A DNA stretch of 64,000 bases from an uncultured Veillonellaceae bacterium (GTDB taxonomy: Bacteria > Bacillota > Negativicutes > JARBTT01): contig CAWDTA010000002.1 in the NCBI GenBank assembly GCA_963805085.1, positions 1,248,001 through 1,312,000 of the forward strand, given 5' to 3'. Positions 48,048 through 57,052 of the stretch are shown piece after piece; position 1 is the first letter of the stretch, and each line of letters begins with the position of its first letter. A program made the position numbers and the translations under genes. The notes below the pieces were generated by a model. That model was not told where the DNA came from, did no database searches, and saw only the letters and a list, made by a program, of their open reading frames with translations.

Positions 48048-48125
48048 ATACAATTATAATTATTTACGCCGAAATGTGTTAGAATAGAATAAAAGCATAT
48101 TGTCAGTGAAATATGGAGGATAAAT

Positions 48126-49085
48126 ATGTATTGTAATCATGAAGTCGAAACGATGCCTAGAGCAACAATGATTGAATTACAAACGCAAAAATTGCAAAAA
48201 ATGATAAAATGGGTCTATGAAAAAAGCCCTTTCTATAAAGAAAAAATGGCGTCATTGGGGCTTAATGATCAATCCATTCAAACGCTTGAAGATTTGCAGA
48301 AGCTACCTTTTACGACGAAAGAAGATTTGGTTACCAATTCGCCCTTTGGATTTTTGACTGTTCCGCTAAGTAGTACCATTCGTATGCGTATGATTGGCGA
48401 TTATAAACCAGTGACAAAAGCCTACACCAGTGCAGATATTGGACGGAATGTGGAAATGACCGCACGTGCCTTAGTAGCAGGTGGTGTCAATATGGCGGAT
48501 GTTTTACAAATTTGCGAAGATTATACAAGCGAACAGGCGCTAGGAATTCAGTATGCTGCGGAAATTTTGGGGGCGACTGTCGTTCCGACTGAGATGACAA
48601 AGCTGGAACTTCAATTGGAAATGATCGATAAATTGCGGATTACAGCTATCGCTAGTAATGCCCAGCAGATGCTGCAATTATTAGTGGCGGGTCAAGCTTT
48701 AAATTATGATGTAGCACAGCTGGCAATTTCCAAAGTTTTTTCTTTAAACAATGATACAAAAAATAGCATGGATGAGCATATTGCTAGTCGTTTTAACGCA
48801 AGAGTATTCAACTTGTATTCTCCTCCAGAACTTGGAAATTCAGCAATGATGTTTGAATGTCAGAAAAAATGTGGTTTACATATTCAAGAAGATTATTATT
48901 ATCCAGAGATCATTAATATCATAGATGACAGCAATATTTTGGATTGTCATATGGGGGAATTGGTGCTTACTACATTATCAACTGAAGCGATGCCGATTAT
49001 TCGCTATCGCACCGGACAAATGGTAGCGATTGATCGTGAAGTGTGTTCTTGTGGCCGAACACTCTCCAGAATAAAAATGCCATAA
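48126..49085 (+). CDS. Phenylacetate-CoA ligase (PaaK)-like protein with degenerate active site and no C-terminal domain
   Basis: SPFY, LPFTTKEDL, GLHIQED.YYPEI, GELVLTTL..EAMPIIRYRTG, CSCGRT are present; the SSGTTG P-loop is absent. Confidence 0.8.
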   Translation: MYCNHEVETMPRATMIELQTQKLQKMIKWVYEKSPFYKEKMASLGLNDQSIQTLEDLQKLPFTTKEDLVTNSPFGFLTVPLSSTIRMRMIGDYKPVTKAYTSADIGRNVEMTARALVAGGVNMADVLQICEDYTSEQALGIQYAAEILGATVVPTEMTKLELQLEMIDKLRITAIASNAQQMLQLLVAGQALNYDVAQLAISKVFSLNNDTKNSMDEHIASRFNARVFNLYSPPELGNSAMMFECQKKCGLHIQEDYYYPEIINIIDDSNILDCHMGELVLTTLSTEAMPIIRYRTGQMVAIDREVCSCGRTLSRIKMP

Positions 49086-49160
49086 GAATTTATTTACAAT
49101 GATGATTTTGTTTTTTCTGACTCAATATTGGGTACATTACCTATTGAGGAGGTGTTGTAT

Positions 49161-49301
49161 ATGATGTTTGGTCATAAAAAACGTTATCCGATGATTGGCT
49201 CGGTGGATTCCAACGATATGAGAAGTATGGCAAAAATGGCATTTGCAGGCTTCATCTTTTATCAAGCAGCAAAATACGTTGTAAAAGAGATCATGGATTA
49301 A
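49161..49301 (+). CDS. Small protein (46 aa), below ORF-track cutoff
   Basis: SD GAGGAGGTG; MMFGHKKRYPMIGSVDSNDMRSMAKMAFAGFIFYQAAKYVVKEIMD; followed by its own terminator. Confidence 0.7.
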   Translation: MMFGHKKRYPMIGSVDSNDMRSMAKMAFAGFIFYQAAKYVVKEIMD

Positions 49302-49311
49302 GTCTCCTTAG

Positions 49312-49348
49312 AAAATTGCTCTGGCTTTTTAGCTAGGGCAATTTTTTT
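49312..49348 (+). terminator. Terminator after small ORF
   Basis: AAAATTGCTCTGGCT ... AGCTAGGGCAATTTTTTT. Confidence 0.7.
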
Positions 49349-49404
49349 ATGCAGGATTATTGAAAAAAAACCAGAATTTTTAAGGTATAAAGGAGGGAAC
49401 GCTT

Positions 49405-50559
49405 GTGCGATTTATACATACTTCAGATTGGCATTTAGGCAGGTTGTTTCATGGTAAGCATTTAACGGATGACCAGGCTTATGTACTAGAGCAGTTCCAG
49501 GCTTTAGTAAAAGATACAAAGCCCGATGCAATTATAATTGCTGGGGATATTTACGATAGATCGGTACCGCCGACGGAAGCGGTAGAACTTTTAGATGATA
49601 CCTTAGCGAAACTTTTATTGGATGAAAAAGTTCCAATTATGATGATTGCAGGAAATCATGATAGTCCAGAACGCGTTGGCTTTGGCAGTAAACTGTTAGC
49701 AAGGCAAGGCCTCCATGTCGTGGGCACTCTTGAAAAGAAGGTGCAGCCCATTGTCTTTCACGATGCGTTTGGTGAAGTATACTTTATGCCGTTTACGTAT
49801 GCCGAACCAGCTTTGGTGCGCCATTTATTTCAGTTAGATAAGTTAGATAGTCACGAGCTGGCAATGCAGTTTCTCGTGGAGCAAAGTTTAGCGAATATCC
49901 CTGCCAAGGCGCGTAAAGTTGCGATTGCCCATACGTTTATTGCTGGCAGCGTGGAAAGTGAATCGGAGCGCCCCTTGTCGGTAGGTGGTACAAGTAATGT
50001 GAGTAGCAGTGTCTTTGCTCCTTTTCATTATACAGCGTTGGGGCATTTACATAATTCACAACGCGCTGGGGCAGAGCATATCCGCTATTCGGGTTCACTA
50101 CTAAAATATTCGTTTGATGAAGCGAATCATAAAAAAGGGATTAATATCGTTGAGCTAGATCCAGCGGGCAATGCAAGTATCGAAGTGGTAAGTTTAACGC
50201 CGAAATACGATGTTCGGGTTGTCGAAGGACATTTTAACGATATTTTAAAAAATCGCATCGACTATCCACTGAGTGATGACTACATCAGTGTCAATTTGCT
50301 GGATACGATGCCGATTTTGGATGTGCATGGGCAATTAGAAAAGGTATATAAAAATTTGATGCAGATCGAGCGCCCTTATTTAACCGTTGCTGGTAAATTG
50401 CAAAAGCCAAGCGGCGATCATCGACGCATGAGTGAAACGGAATTGTTTGATTCTTTCTTTGAACAAATGACAGGGGAAAAACTAACAGAAGCGCAAAGTA
50501 AAGTGTTTCGTGAGAATTTAGACGAATTATTCCAAGCAGAAAGGGAGGTGAAAGTATGA
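49405..50559 (+). CDS. sbcD: Exonuclease SbcCD subunit D
   Basis: HTSDWHLG, AGDIYD, AGNHDS, ALGHLH, RYSGS. Confidence 0.96.
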   Translation: MRFIHTSDWHLGRLFHGKHLTDDQAYVLEQFQALVKDTKPDAIIIAGDIYDRSVPPTEAVELLDDTLAKLLLDEKVPIMMIAGNHDSPERVGFGSKLLARQGLHVVGTLEKKVQPIVFHDAFGEVYFMPFTYAEPALVRHLFQLDKLDSHELAMQFLVEQSLANIPAKARKVAIAHTFIAGSVESESERPLSVGGTSNVSSSVFAPFHYTALGHLHNSQRAGAEHIRYSGSLLKYSFDEANHKKGINIVELDPAGNASIEVVSLTPKYDVRVVEGHFNDILKNRIDYPLSDDYISVNLLDTMPILDVHGQLEKVYKNLMQIERPYLTVAGKLQKPSGDHRRMSETELFDSFFEQMTGEKLTEAQSKVFRENLDELFQAEREVKV

Positions 50560-53500
50560 AACCGTTAATGCTCAAGATCAGTGCTTTTGGCCCTTATGCG
50601 GATGAAGTTGTTTTAGATTTTAGTGCACTTGAGGGACGGACTTTCTTTCTGATTCATGGACCGACTGGTTCGGGAAAAACGACGATTTTAGACGCGATGT
50701 GTTTTGCTCTTTATGGTGATACGAGTGGGAATGTCCGCGATAGCAAATCGGTACGCAGTGATCATGCCGAGCTTGCCATTGCCACTGAAGTGGAATTTAC
50801 CTTTGCGATTGGGGAAACAAACTATAGAGTAAAACGTAGCCCCGAGCAACTTCGCCCGAAAAAACGTGGCGATGGGACGACGCTGCAAAGTGCCGAGGCC
50901 GAGCTCTGGAAGTTAGCTGAAACAGAAGAAGCCTTACTCACCACGGGGTATAGTGATGTCATCAAACAGGTAGAAACCTTACTGGGCTTTAAGAGTAGTC
51001 AATTTCGGCAAGTGGTGCTCCTACCACAAGGCGATTTTCGAAAATTACTCACGGCAAATTCTGCCGAACGGCAAGAAATCATGCAAACGCTGTTTAAGAC
51101 AGAACTTTACCGAAAAATTGAAGAACATTTGAATAGTAAATATAAACAAACCAAGCAAAATGGTGAAGAACTTACCAAAGAGCGCAATTGGGTACTGAGC
51201 GACGCAAGCGTTGAGACACTAGAGGAATTGCTCGAACAAATCAAAGTAAATCAGGCTAGTTTAGCCGATAAAAATAAAGAACTGCTCAAGTTGAAAATAG
51301 CAGTGGAACAAGCACAAAAACAGGTTAGCAATGGAAAAATCATTGTCAATAAATTTAACGAATTAACAGATGCAAAAAACAAATTGACAGAGTTAGAAGA
51401 AAAAGTCGACACAGTTAAAGTTGGTCGAGTAACGCTAGAAAAAGCTAAGAATGCCGCTACCCTAATGGATGCAGAAAAGCAACTATTGCAATTAGAAACC
51501 GATCAAAAACAATATATTGAATTACAAACAAAACAGCAGAATCAAGTGTTAAGTTTAGTAAGTAAGTTGAAATTAGCCGAAGAAAAATTAAAACTAGAAC
51601 TGGCAAAAGAAGCTGAACGCGAAGCTGTTGCCAATGAGGTAATCAAGCTTGGCGAGATTACGGACAAGGTTAAAGCCTTGGTACAAGCGGAAGCGGAAAC
51701 TCTGCAGTGTCAGAAAATCGTACAGCAATCGTTGGCACTAAAAACAACAGGGCAAGAAGTACTAGCGCAAACAAAAATGACGCTGCAAGCGAAACTAGAG
51801 CAAGAAGAAACGTTAAAACTACAAGCAAGTAAATTGACCAGCAGTAAAATTGAGCTTGAGCATGCCAAACGAATTGCGCAAAAACGTGAAGAGATAGAAG
51901 TACTGGGCAAGGATGCTGTGATTGCCAAGCAAAACTTAACGCGGGAAGAAAATAAACTAGTAACATTGCAAGAAAACTATGTGACGATGCAAAGTACGTT
52001 AAGTAAGTTGCAATATCTATTCGCAGCTGGACAAGCGGCTGTCTTAGCGAGTGATTTAGAAGAAAATGCACCTTGTCCTGTTTGTGGCTCGACCTCACAT
52101 CCGAAGTTAGCAGTGCCGACAGATCGTTTGCCGAGTGAAACAGAAATAAAAAAAGTACAAGACCATCTAGGCGAACTTGATCAAGCGCGCAGTAAAGCGC
52201 AAACGCTAGTGAATAGCTGCAGAACAACTACGCAGACCATCCTCAATCGCATTGCCGATATGCAAGGGGAATTGGGTGAAGCGCACCAAGCACAGGTAAG
52301 CGAGCTCCTGACTAAGGTTGTAGAATTAGAAAAGTTATGTCAACAAGCGCAAACTGCGGGTGAGGGATTAGGGATACTCAGTAAAGAGATTGCCACTTTA
52401 AAGGAAACCGAGCAGAAGCAAACCTTGGCGCAAGAAAGATGTGAGGAAACTTGGCGACTGGCGGATAGTGCACTTCGTCAAAAGCAAGCGGTTGTCGTAG
52501 AACGGCAAGCCTTAGTGCCAGAGGAGTATCGTAACAGCGAAGCCTTGGCAGTAGCGCAAGAACGAATGCTGGCGAAGCAACAGGCATTAAAAGCTAGTTT
52601 TGAAGCGGCACAAACTGCGGTGAAAGAATTCCAGCAGCAGGTTGCGGTTGCGCAGACGAGTTTTGCCAGCACGAAAGAACAATTGGAAAATACGCAGGCG
52701 CGCTATCAAAGAGAGGAAGAACTTTTCAAGGAGCGTCTAGAGCAAGCAACGTTTGCATCACTAGAGGAATATCGCGGTGCAAAGAAATCGACCGATTATA
52801 TCGAAAAGTTAGCAGAACGAATCGGACTATTTGATACAAATATGAATAGTGCCAAAGACCGTTTGCAAAGAGCACAAGCGGCAACGATCGACTTAGTACT
52901 GCCGGAAATGGCAAAGCTAGAGCAAGCCTTAGAAGCAGTGACCAACCAGCACAATCAAGTTTTAACTGAGCAGGTTAAACTCGCAAATCAAGTAGGCAAA
53001 CAAGAAGAGGATCGGAAAAAAATCCAAAAGATCAATGGTGAACTAGACAAACTCGCTGAAGTATATGGACTGATTGGTAAGCTCGCGGAGACGGCAAATG
53101 GTAAAAATGAATACGGTTTAACATTTCAACGGTTTGTTTTGGGATCGTTACTCGAAGATGTGGCTGACGCGGCAAATATGCGCTTAAAAATGATGAGTCG
53201 GGGACGTTATTTGCTCCAGCGAACGATGGATCGTGCGCGTAAAAATTCCGCTGGCGGTTTAGAACTCGAAGTGCTGGATAATTATACTGGTATCGCACGT
53301 GGTGTAGGAACGTTGTCGGGGGGCGAAACCTTCTTGGCTTCTTTATCCTTGGCTTTAGGTCTGGCTGATGTGGTGCAAAGTTACGCCGGCGGTATCCACC
53401 TCGATACCATTCTTGTCGACGAAGGGTTTGGCACACTAGATCCAGAGGCCTTAGATATGGCGATCAGAGCGTTGATTGATCTCCAAAAGGGCGGTAGACT

Positions 53501-53606
53501 CGTCGGGATCATTTCCCATGTACCAGAACTTAAAGAGCGTATTGATGCACGCTTAGAAGTAAGTACAAGCAAACATGGCAGCAGTGCACAATTTAAGGTA
53601 GGATAG
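50556..53606 (+). CDS. sbcC: Exonuclease SbcCD subunit C (SMC-like ATPase)
   Basis: GPTGSGKTT, LPQGDF, coiled coil with CPVCG zinc hook, LSGGE, VDEGFGTLD. Confidence 0.96.
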   Translation: MKPLMLKISAFGPYADEVVLDFSALEGRTFFLIHGPTGSGKTTILDAMCFALYGDTSGNVRDSKSVRSDHAELAIATEVEFTFAIGETNYRVKRSPEQLRPKKRGDGTTLQSAEAELWKLAETEEALLTTGYSDVIKQVETLLGFKSSQFRQVVLLPQGDFRKLLTANSAERQEIMQTLFKTELYRKIEEHLNSKYKQTKQNGEELTKERNWVLSDASVETLEELLEQIKVNQASLADKNKELLKLKIAVEQAQKQVSNGKIIVNKFNELTDAKNKLTELEEKVDTVKVGRVTLEKAKNAATLMDAEKQLLQLETDQKQYIELQTKQQNQVLSLVSKLKLAEEKLKLELAKEAEREAVANEVIKLGEITDKVKALVQAEAETLQCQKIVQQSLALKTTGQEVLAQTKMTLQAKLEQEETLKLQASKLTSSKIELEHAKRIAQKREEIEVLGKDAVIAKQNLTREENKLVTLQENYVTMQSTLSKLQYLFAAGQAAVLASDLEENAPCPVCGSTSHPKLAVPTDRLPSETEIKKVQDHLGELDQARSKAQTLVNSCRTTTQTILNRIADMQGELGEAHQAQVSELLTKVVELEKLCQQAQTAGEGLGILSKEIATLKETEQKQTLAQERCEETWRLADSALRQKQAVVVERQALVPEEYRNSEALAVAQERMLAKQQALKASFEAAQTAVKEFQQQVAVAQTSFASTKEQLENTQARYQREEELFKERLEQATFASLEEYRGAKKSTDYIEKLAERIGLFDTNMNSAKDRLQRAQAATIDLVLPEMAKLEQALEAVTNQHNQVLTEQVKLANQVGKQEEDRKKIQKINGELDKLAEVYGLIGKLAETANGKNEYGLTFQRFVLGSLLEDVADAANMRLKMMSRGRYLLQRTMDRARKNSAGGLELEVLDNYTGIARGVGTLSGGETFLASLSLALGLADVVQSYAGGIHLDTILVDEGFGTLDPEALDMAIRALIDLQKGGRLVGIISHVPELKERIDARLEVSTSKHGSSAQFKVG

Positions 53607-53617
53607 GGGGCAGTTTC

Positions 53618-56600
53618 ATGGCACTAAAATTAATATATGGACGTGCTGGCACTGGCAAAACTGAGTATTGTTTAGATGAAATTCGCCAGCGTTTGCGTCA
53701 ATCACCAGAGGGGGATTCGCTCATTATGCTGCTGCCAGAGCATGAGACGTTTAAAGTAGAAAAACTGCTGGCCAATACACCTGAATTAGGGGGATTTACA
53801 CGTAGCTATATCTTTGGGTTTCGTCGCTTTGCACATCGTGTCCTGATGGAAACTGGCGGTGCACTTCGCCCTCAGATTACGGAGCTTGGGAAAAGACTGC
53901 TACTAACCAAGGTGCTTAGTGAACATAAAAAAGACTTGAAATCACTTGGCAGAGCGGCAAAACAACGAAACTTTGCCGATACGCTAGCAACTATGATCGA
54001 AGAATTTAAATCGTATGGCATTCAAAGTGAAGAGCTGAGTAGGGCAGTTTCTGACATGGAGGATTCACCACTCAAAGATAAATTGCAGGATTTGGCGCTT
54101 GTGTACCAAGGTTTTGCCGCGGGGATGGCAGGACATTATACCGATGCGGAAGATTGTCTGAACCTGCTGGCTAAGCGGCTAGCAACGTCAAGCATTGTGC
54201 AAAATTCTCAGATATGGATTGATGGGTTTCGCTGGTTCAATCCGCAGGAAACAGCGATTATCACCAGTCTGCTCAATACGACAGCTGATGTGACAATTAC
54301 GCTTTGTATTGATGATGTTGAAAACCAAGAACATCAAATAGAAACTTCACTGTTTTACCGACAATGGCAAACTGGGCAGAAGTTACTCGAACTTGCCAAA
54401 AAATTAAACATTCCTGTCGTCGAAAAAGAATTAACAGAAAATTATCGATTTGCTGATGCGGTAAGTCTTCAACATATTGAACAAAATTTCTATCGTTTCC
54501 CGATTCGGGTGATCAACGAAAATGAAGGAATACATCTCGTTGAAGCGGCAAATCGTCGTTTAGAAGTAGAAGGAATTGCGGTTGATATCATTCGGCTTTG
54601 TCGCGAAGAAAAGTATGCCTGGCGTGACATTGCCATTTTAGTGCGCGACCAGGAGAATTATGCCGATCTGTTAAGCGTGGTGCTAGCGGATTATGGGATT
54701 CCGTTTTTTAGTGATAGCAAACGGCACAGCGTTCACCATCCGTTAGCGGAATTGTTACGCTCGGCACTAGAGGCAATCAATGGATGGAAATATGAGCCGC
54801 TGTTTCGTTGCTTTAAAACTGATTTCTTTGGCGCCAGCCGCAGTCAGATTGATGTATTAGAAAACTATGTTTTACAGTTTGGTATTCGTGGGAATCGTTG
54901 GACGATGCCAGAGGACTGGAAATTTGTGAAGCGTTTGTCTTTAGATGAAGACAGTGAGCTAGATGAAAAAGCAACGGAACAGTTGGCAAAGCTCAACGAA
55001 GTTCGCTGGCAAGTCATTGCGCCTTTACTTCGTTTTGAAAAACGAATCCACAAGGCGAGTACAGTTACGGAGCTGACAACAGCCTTGTACAATTTATTGG
55101 TAGACCTAGATGTGCCACAGCAACTAGAAAAATGGGCCTTTGCGGCAGAATCGCAAGGCTATTTAGATGAAGCACGTGAGCATCAGCAAATGTGGGATAG
55201 TGTTATTGTATTATTTGAACAAATGGTGGAAACCTGTGGCGAAGAAACAATGAAGTTAGAAGACTATGAAGCGATTATCAACGATGGTTTAGAAGGGTTA
55301 AAGCTTAGCTTAATTCCGCCGGGATTAGATTATGTAACAATTGCATCGCTGGATCAAAATAGTGTATCGGGCAGTAAGGCAATCTATATTGTCGGTGCAA
55401 ATGAAGGTGTATTGCCTAAACGCAGTCGGAGTGAAGGACTGCTTACTGATGCAGAAAGGGTGCAGATGGCAAGTATTGGCCTAGAATTATCGCCTGGCGC
55501 CAGTGCGGATAATTTTGCCGAACGCTTTTTACTGTATAGTGCGATGACTAGAGCGAGTCGGTATCTTTGGATTAGTTATCCTTTGGCAGATAGTGAAGGC
55601 AGTGGACTCGGTCCATCTTCGATCATTAGTCGTTTGCGCGAAATGCTCTGCATCCAGCAAATACAGAGTATCCCGCTCGAAATAGCAGCAGGAACGGAGC
55701 ATGGAATCATTGCTGAGCCTCGCCAAGCGTTATCTCATTTATTAGGGGCATTTCGCCAGTATCAGCAGAAGAAACAGCTGAGTCCGATTTGGCAAGATGT
55801 TTATAATTGGTCATTGCTCGATGAATCCATAAGGCCACTCTTAAAAACGATTTTAGCTGGCTTGTTTCACCGAGATAACGTTGAACCGTTACCACCAGAA
55901 TTGGCGGGGAAACTGTATACGATCAATAAACGTTTACGTGGTAGTGTAACGCGTTTTGAACGGTTTAAAGCCTGTCCGTTTCAGCATTTTGCTCAGTACG
56001 GTCTTAGTTTAAAAGAACGCGCGGAGTTTCGTCTTCAAGCACCTGATTTAGGGCAATTTTTACATGCTGCGTTGAAAAATTTTGGCGAACGTATGGAAAC
56101 GGAAAATCGGACTTGGGGTAGTGTGGGCGATGAAGAATACAAAGCAATCTGTACGGAAATCGTCGATGATTTGGCACCGAAACTGCAAAATGAAATTCTC
56201 CTTAGCTCCAATCAGCATAAACATTTGCTGGGTAGAATCAAACGAACCGTCGAACGCTCCATTCAACGGTTAATCGAGTTTGATCGAGTGAGTGAATTTA
56301 GCCCAGTTGGTTTGGAAAAGTCGTTTGGACGTGGGAAAGATGCGCTGCCACCACTTGAATATGCCTTAGAGAATGGCTATCGTCTAGAAATCAGTGGACA
56401 GATTGACCGAATCGATAGCATAACGCATGAGGGCAAACGCTATTTTCTCGTCATTGATTATAAATCGGGGAATGCCTATATCAATTTAATTGATGTGTAT
56501 TATGGACTCAAATTGCAACTCTTAACGTATTTACTAGTAGCACAGAATTCTGCCAAGGAGATGCTCGGAGAGGCAGCCTTGCCAGCAGGGATTCTCTACT

Positions 56601-57052
56601 ATTTCTTAAAAAATCCGCATATTACGGCAAATGCAAAACTATCAGAAGCAAAAGTAATGGCAGAAATCAATAAAAAGCTTAAAATGCCAGGCTGGGTATT
56701 AGCGGATGCCGATATGGTGCAAAAGATTGATAGCTCCTTCAACTTTATCAAAGTTGCTCTTACGGCAAAAGGAACGATCAATGCATCGACAAAAAATAGT
56801 GTAAAGACCGAGGAAGAGTTTTTTGCTTTGCTCCATTATATGGATGAAGTGCTCATGGCTACAGGTAAGCAAATCTTACAAGGTGATGTTGCGGTGAGTC
56901 CGTATGAATTGGATGCAAAACAAGCTTGTACTTTTTGCCAGTATCATTCGTTTTGTCAATTTGATCGCCTACTAGCAGACCATGAATATCGAAAATTGGC
57001 GAAGCTCGATAATGAAACGATGATGCAGAATTTATTAGCGGGGGTGAAATAA
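53618..57052 (+). CDS. addB: ATP-dependent helicase/nuclease subunit B
   Basis: GRAGTGKT, nuclease GQIDRID...IDYKS, Fe-S cysteines CPF ... CTFCQYHSFC. Confidence 0.96.
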   Translation: MALKLIYGRAGTGKTEYCLDEIRQRLRQSPEGDSLIMLLPEHETFKVEKLLANTPELGGFTRSYIFGFRRFAHRVLMETGGALRPQITELGKRLLLTKVLSEHKKDLKSLGRAAKQRNFADTLATMIEEFKSYGIQSEELSRAVSDMEDSPLKDKLQDLALVYQGFAAGMAGHYTDAEDCLNLLAKRLATSSIVQNSQIWIDGFRWFNPQETAIITSLLNTTADVTITLCIDDVENQEHQIETSLFYRQWQTGQKLLELAKKLNIPVVEKELTENYRFADAVSLQHIEQNFYRFPIRVINENEGIHLVEAANRRLEVEGIAVDIIRLCREEKYAWRDIAILVRDQENYADLLSVVLADYGIPFFSDSKRHSVHHPLAELLRSALEAINGWKYEPLFRCFKTDFFGASRSQIDVLENYVLQFGIRGNRWTMPEDWKFVKRLSLDEDSELDEKATEQLAKLNEVRWQVIAPLLRFEKRIHKASTVTELTTALYNLLVDLDVPQQLEKWAFAAESQGYLDEAREHQQMWDSVIVLFEQMVETCGEETMKLEDYEAIINDGLEGLKLSLIPPGLDYVTIASLDQNSVSGSKAIYIVGANEGVLPKRSRSEGLLTDAERVQMASIGLELSPGASADNFAERFLLYSAMTRASRYLWISYPLADSEGSGLGPSSIISRLREMLCIQQIQSIPLEIAAGTEHGIIAEPRQALSHLLGAFRQYQQKKQLSPIWQDVYNWSLLDESIRPLLKTILAGLFHRDNVEPLPPELAGKLYTINKRLRGSVTRFERFKACPFQHFAQYGLSLKERAEFRLQAPDLGQFLHAALKNFGERMETENRTWGSVGDEEYKAICTEIVDDLAPKLQNEILLSSNQHKHLLGRIKRTVERSIQRLIEFDRVSEFSPVGLEKSFGRGKDALPPLEYALENGYRLEISGQIDRIDSITHEGKRYFLVIDYKSGNAYINLIDVYYGLKLQLLTYLLVAQNSAKEMLGEAALPAGILYYFLKNPHITANAKLSEAKVMAEINKKLKMPGWVLADADMVQKIDSSFNFIKVALTAKGTINASTKNSVKTEEEFFALLHYMDEVLMATGKQILQGDVAVSPYELDAKQACTFCQYHSFCQFDRLLADHEYRKLAKLDNETMMQNLLAGVK

